A stretch of DNA of 64,000 nt, from positions 26 through 64,025 of the forward strand of contig JAWLFC010000003.1 of the NCBI GenBank assembly GCA_041685755.1, given 5' to 3'. The first letter of the stretch is position 1; every line of letters begins with the position of its first letter. Source of the DNA: Ilumatobacteraceae bacterium (GTDB taxonomy: Bacteria > Actinomycetota > Acidimicrobiia > Acidimicrobiales > Ilumatobacteraceae). The position numbers were made by a program, and so were the translations under genes. The notes beneath the pieces were generated by a model. It was not told the origin of the DNA. It did not search any database and worked only from the letters and a program-made list of their open reading frames with translations. Below are positions 60,187 to 64,000 of the stretch, piece by piece.

Positions 60187-61140
60187 TCAGCGGGGGTCGA
60201 CCTCGTTGCGCAACGGCTCGCCGTTGACGAACCGGGCGAGGTTGTCGAGGAAGATCTCGGCGACGCGGCCGTCGGTGCCGTCGCTCGAACCCGAGTTGTG
60301 GGGGCTGATGATCACGTTCGGGAGATCCCACAGCGGATCGTCCGCCGGCAGTGGCTCGGGGTCGAACACGTCGAGGCCGGCACCACCGAGGCGGCCGGAC
60401 ACGAGCGCGTCGGTGAGCGCGGCCTGATCGACGAGTTCACCGCGCCCGACGTTGACGAACACGGCGTGATCCGCCATCGCGTCGATCACCTCGGCGTTCA
60501 CGATCCCGCGCGTCTCGGGCGCCAGCGGGAGCGCGACGACGACGGCGTCGGCATCTGCGACCGCATCGGCGAGCTCCGCCAGCGGACGCACCGGGCACGG
60601 CTCGTCACCCCGCGCCGCCCGCCGCACGACGACCGGCTCCATCCGCAACGCCGTCGCCAGACGGACGACCTCCTGGCCGATCGGTCCGTAGCCGACGACG
60701 ACGATGCGCTGGCCGTCGAGTTCACGGAACGGCGCCGGTGCCCACTCGTGCGCCGCCTGTGACCGCAGCCAGCCGGGGAGATCACGGCTGAGCGCGAGGA
60801 GGTACAACATGACCGTGCCGGCGATCGGTGGAGCGCTCGCCCCCGACGAGTTCGTCAGCCGGGCGCCTCGTTCGAGAAACGTGGAGAACACCGGGCTGTC
60901 GACGCCCGCCGACATCGAATGGAACCACCGCAGGTTCGTCGTGGCCAGTGCGACCGTGAAGAACGCCCCTGCCCGATCGGGCCACGCGTCGTTGGAGAAG
61001 AAGGCGATCGTGATGCGCTCGATGTCGGCGGGGCTGACCTCCTCCCCGGGACGCAGCGCGATCACCTCGAGATCGGGAGCGATCGAGCGGATCCGGTCGC
61101 CGTAGGCGTCGAGCACCGTGTCGGTGCAGAACAGCGCCAC
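60187..61140 (-). CDS. D-isomer-specific 2-hydroxyacid dehydrogenase family protein
   Basis: NAD-binding VVGYGPIGQEV, NVGRGELVD, and catalytic His context ISPHNSG. GTG 61140 lies 2 nt after the upstream stop. Confidence 0.8.
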   Translation of the reverse strand: MALFCTDTVLDAYGDRIRSIAPDLEVIALRPGEEVSPADIERITIAFFSNDAWPDRAGAFFTVALATTNLRWFHSMSAGVDSPVFSTFLERGARLTNSSGASAPPIAGTVMLYLLALSRDLPGWLRSQAAHEWAPAPFRELDGQRIVVVGYGPIGQEVVRLATALRMEPVVVRRAARGDEPCPVRPLAELADAVADADAVVVALPLAPETRGIVNAEVIDAMADHAVFVNVGRGELVDQAALTDALVSGRLGGAGLDVFDPEPLPADDPLWDLPNVIISPHNSGSSDGTDGRVAEIFLDNLARFVNGEPLRNEVDPR

Positions 61141-61142
61141 GC

Positions 61143-62516
61143 TCAGGCGGTGAGTTCGTCGACGAACTCGGCGAAGACGTCGGCGTACCGCATCGCGTCG
61201 GCCTCGGAGTGCATGACCGAGATCAGCCACTGCTCGTCGAGGCCGGGCGGCAGCAGGATTCCGCGGTTGATGCCGTGCATCCACTGGGCGAACGCGAGGT
61301 CGAAGTCGGTCGCCTTGTAATCGCGGTAGTTGCGCACCGGATCCTCCGACCAGGTGATGCAGCCCTTGGCGCCGAACTCGACGGTGTGAGCCGGGATGCC
61401 GGCGTCGTCGATGATGCGCTGACAGGCCTCGACCAGACGATGGTTGAGCGCGATCGCCGCATCGATCGTCTCGCGGGTGCAGGCCTCGGTCAACGTGGCC
61501 TTCGCCGCTGCCATCACCAACGGATTGCCGTTGTAGGTACCGAGGTGGAGCACCTCACCGGTGGTGATCAGGTCCATGTACTCGGCCTTGCCGCCGAACG
61601 CTCCGACGGGGAATCCGCCGCCGATCGACTTGGCGAGCGTGACGAGGTCGGGCTCGACACCGAGCTTCTTGGTGGCGCCGCCGAACCCGGCGGTCAGGCC
61701 GGTCTTGACCTCGTCGAAGATCAAGAGGGTGCCGAAGCGGGTGCAGATCTCGCGGACCGCCTCGAGGTAGCCGGGCTCGGGCAGGCAGATGCCGATGTTC
61801 TCCATCACCGGCTCGACGATGAACGCCGCGACCTCGCCGCTCGCCAGGGCTCGTTCCAGCGCCGGCGCGTCGTTGAACGGGATCACGATGACGTCGTCGA
61901 TCGTGCCCTGGGTGATGCCACCCGACTGGGGGATCGAGTGCGGCGCGTCGGCGGGGCCGGCATCGGCGAGCGCCGGCTTGTTGGAGATCATGACCTCGTC
62001 GTGGTGGCCGTGGTAGCCGCCTTCGACCTTCACCAGCTTGTCGCGCTTGGTGACGCCGCGGGCGAGGCGGATGGCGTCCATCGTGGCCTCGGTACCGGAG
62101 TTCGTGGGGCGCCACATCGGGAAGCCGTAGCGCTCCCCGAGGAGCTCGGCGACGTCGGCGTCGAGTTCGCACGGCGTGACGTAGAGGGTTCCCTCGCCGA
62201 GCTGCGCCTCGACGGCGCGGCGGACCGCGGGGTGCATGTGGCCGGCGAACAGTGCGCCGAAGCCCATGTCGTAGTCGATGTACTCGTTGCCGTCGACGTC
62301 GACCATGCGCGAGCCCGACGAGTGACGCACGACGATCGGATGCGGGTCGTACGCCTGGAAGCTCGACGGCACGCCGGCGGGCAGGACCCTGCGGGCCCGC
62401 TCGGTGGCGGCCTGCGATCCCGTGGTTCGTTCTGCGTAGATCGCCAGCTCGCGCTCGGTGATCTCCTTCGCCCTGGCGACGAGCTCGGACGTCGCGGTCG
62501 AGTCGGTCACGGACAT
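61143..62516 (-). CDS. class III PLP aminotransferase (GSA aminomutase-like)
   Basis: Last 457 aa of ORF 61143..63884. Motifs NSGTEATMDAIRLAR, LIFDEVKTG and LAKSIGGGFPVGAFGG. The N-terminal ~456 aa of the ORF are antisense artefact. Confidence 0.85.
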   Translation of the reverse strand: MSVTDSTATSELVARAKEITERELAIYAERTTGSQAATERARRVLPAGVPSSFQAYDPHPIVVRHSSGSRMVDVDGNEYIDYDMGFGALFAGHMHPAVRRAVEAQLGEGTLYVTPCELDADVAELLGERYGFPMWRPTNSGTEATMDAIRLARGVTKRDKLVKVEGGYHGHHDEVMISNKPALADAGPADAPHSIPQSGGITQGTIDDVIVIPFNDAPALERALASGEVAAFIVEPVMENIGICLPEPGYLEAVREICTRFGTLLIFDEVKTGLTAGFGGATKKLGVEPDLVTLAKSIGGGFPVGAFGGKAEYMDLITTGEVLHLGTYNGNPLVMAAAKATLTEACTRETIDAAIALNHRLVEACQRIIDDAGIPAHTVEFGAKGCITWSEDPVRNYRDYKATDFDLAFAQWMHGINRGILLPPGLDEQWLISVMHSEADAMRYADVFAEFVDELTA

Positions 62517-62672
62517 GAGATATCTGCTCCTGTTGTCGTACCCGACGCGGTGCCGGGCCGCCGCCCAGCGTACGCGCTCGGTCCGCCGAGCGCGACGGCC
62601 GCAGCGGCTTCGTCGCTCGGATCGGCGGGCGGTCACAATGGGTGCGTCCGCACCGCCGTCAGGAGACACCGA

Positions 62673-63818
62673 ATGAAGACCGCCGCCACCGAGATGTTGG
62701 GGATCGAGTTCCCGATCTTCGCCTTCAGCCACTGCCGCGACGTCGTCGCCGCGGTCTCGAAGGCGGGCGGGCTCGGCGTGCTCGGCGCCGTCGCCCACTC
62801 CCCCGAGCAACTCGAGATCGACCTCGCGTGGATCGAGGACGAGATCGGAGACCGTCCGTACGGTGTCGACCTGATCGTGCCGGCGAAGTACGCCGGCGAC
62901 GAGGGCGGTGGCTACAGCCTCGACGACATCAGGGCGCTGATCCCCGACACGCACCGAGAGTTCGTCGACGACATCCTTCGTCGCTACGACGTCCCCGAGT
63001 TCCCGCCCGACGAGGAGCGCGCCAGCGGCCGTTCGACCGGTGGTCACGGCGGTGTCGCCCCGTTCAGCGCGGCCGCAGCCGGTCCACAGCTGGAGATCTC
63101 GCTCGCCCACAAGGCCGCGTTCGTCGCGAACGCGCTCGGCCCGCCGCCGCAGTTCCTGATCGACCGCGTCAAGGAGGAGGGTCGCCTCGTCGGTGCGCTG
63201 GCGGGTCGTGCGGTCCATGCCGAGCGCCATCAGGCGGCCGGTGTCGACATCATCATCGCCCAGGGATCCGAGGCCGGCGGGCACACCGGCGAGATCGGCT
63301 CGATGGTGCTGATCCCCGAGATCGTCGACGCCGTCGACATCCCGGTGCTCGGTGCCGGCGGCATCGGCCGCGGCCGCCAGATGGCCGCGGCGATGGCACT
63401 CGGCGCGCAGGGTGTGTGGTGCGGGTCGGTGTGGTTGACCACCGACGAGGCCGAGACGCACCCGGTCGTGAAGCAGAAGTTCCTCGCGGCGACGTCGGCC
63501 GACACGATCCGTTCGCGGTCGCTCACCGGCAAGCACGCCCGGATGCTGAAGACGGCCTGGACCGAGGAGTGGGATCGACCCGACACACCCGACCCGCTGG
63601 GCATGCCGTTGCAGCCGATCCTCACCAACGAGGCGCAGGCCCGCATCAACCGGGCCGCCCACACCCACGGATCCGGGGCCGAGAAGCTGGCGAACTACTT
63701 CGTCGGCCAGATCGTCGGCACGATGAACCAGCCGAAGTCGGCGGGGCAGGTCGTGATGGAGATGGTGGAGGAGTTCATCGACACCGTCGAGTCGCTGGCG
63801 AAGCAACTCGAGTACTGA
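62673..63818 (+). CDS. nitronate monooxygenase / FMN-dependent NMO-family oxidoreductase
   Basis: Last 381 aa of ORF 61209..63818. Motifs MLGIEFPIFAFSH, AQGSEAGGHTG and PVLGAGGIGRG. AGGAGA SD upstream of ATG 62673. Confidence 0.85.
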   Translation: MKTAATEMLGIEFPIFAFSHCRDVVAAVSKAGGLGVLGAVAHSPEQLEIDLAWIEDEIGDRPYGVDLIVPAKYAGDEGGGYSLDDIRALIPDTHREFVDDILRRYDVPEFPPDEERASGRSTGGHGGVAPFSAAAAGPQLEISLAHKAAFVANALGPPPQFLIDRVKEEGRLVGALAGRAVHAERHQAAGVDIIIAQGSEAGGHTGEIGSMVLIPEIVDAVDIPVLGAGGIGRGRQMAAAMALGAQGVWCGSVWLTTDEAETHPVVKQKFLAATSADTIRSRSLTGKHARMLKTAWTEEWDRPDTPDPLGMPLQPILTNEAQARINRAAHTHGSGAEKLANYFVGQIVGTMNQPKSAGQVVMEMVEEFIDTVESLAKQLEY

Positions 63819-63835
63819 CCCACTGCGGAAAACCC

Positions 63836-63887
63836 CGTTTGTGGCGCGTTCTGGCTGGACCGGACCAACGACGACGCGCCGCAAACG
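63836..63887. terminator. 13-bp stem hairpin between convergent genes
   Basis: CGTTTGTGGCGCG-N26-CGCGCCGCAAACG (one G-U pair). Lies between stop 63818 (+) and stop 63906 (-). Confidence 0.35.
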
Positions 63888-63905
63888 TGGTGGGACCGGC
63901 TGACG

Positions 63906-64000
63906 TCACTTCGGGGCGAACCGGGTGCCGGCGTCGAGGCGGATCGTGTCGCCGTTGAGCATCGGGTTCTCGATGATCGCGATCGCCAACCGGGCGTACT
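63906..64000 (-). CDS. short-chain dehydrogenase/reductase, C-terminal fragment (5' part beyond window)
   Basis: Own translation of the minus strand: ...YARLAIAIIENPMLNGDTIRLDAGTRFAPK*, a typical C-terminus of HSD17B10/FadB2-like SDRs. Confidence 0.6.
   Translation of the reverse strand, partial: YARLAIAIIENPMLNGDTIRLDAGTRFAPK

Noticed and set aside
62573-62594. Small hairpin CGCGCTCGG-TCCG-CCGAGCGCG in the aminotransferase/NMO divergent region, as a possible operator
   Set aside because: A 9-bp GC-only stem is expected by chance in sequence this GC-rich, and there is no second copy or supporting context.
62517-63884. N-terminal ~456 aa of ORF 61143..63884, and N-terminal ~488 aa of ORF 61209..63818
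   Set aside because: Only the C-terminal parts match recognisable enzymes (class III aminotransferase and NMO). The extensions run antisense through each other's genuine coding regions and are low-complexity.

Overview
Visibly high-GC, gene-dense window (about 70 supportable CDS, 3 tRNAs, no rRNA, CRISPR, transposase or integrase). Gene content and leaderless or overlapping gene starts suggest an actinobacterium; that is inference, since no search was possible. Many long ORFs in the track are Arg/Gly/Pro-rich antisense or out-of-frame artefacts, so I kept only ORFs with recognisable family motifs, and trimmed starts where tRNAs, upstream stops or SD sites required it.

Layout:
- 1-1.0 kb: two tandem pseudopilin genes.
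- 1.1-10.8 kb: housekeeping and accessory metabolism. This covers aminotransferases, a CoA-transferase, msrA, a DrrABC-like ABC exporter, a GNAT, and a GGDEF/transaminase/omega-amidase operon.
- 10.9-13.0 kb: tRNA-Arg, a LysM-SLT wall hydrolase and a divergent tRNA-Ser pair.
- 13.0-21.8 kb: a betaine-type N-methyltransferase, gpmI and a complete arsenic island. The island holds an ArsI/CadI-like gene, arsR, an ArsR-ArsC fusion, arsC, GAPDH-arsJ, and acr3 with a coupled Cys-Cys mini-protein.
- 21.9-29.4 kb: a P450, a NatAB-like ABC pump, a P-type ATPase and a large class V PLP enzyme.
- 29.4-36.7 kb: a non-canonical ten-gene Mrp-like module.
- 37.1-44.7 kb: an M23 peptidase, PFOR with a DHOD-like partner, and a K+/H+ antiporter.
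- 44.9-50.9 kb: cydAB plus a fused cydDC.
- 51.0-58.7 kb: MscS, two extremely acidic mini-lipoproteins, a wHTH regulator and a canonical mrpABCDEFG operon.
- 58.7-64.0 kb: a leaderless sigma factor, a HAD, a dehydrogenase/aminotransferase pair, an NMO and a partial SDR.

Most interesting items:
- The second, Mbh-ordered Mrp-like module, which has three antiporter-like subunits and an extra 64-aa subunit.
- The acidic lipoprotein pair embedded in the ion-homeostasis cluster.
- The Cys-Cys protein translationally coupled to acr3.
- Two dispersed repeat families: a 31-bp G-rich tandem unit, and a 40-nt hairpin that supplies stop codons.
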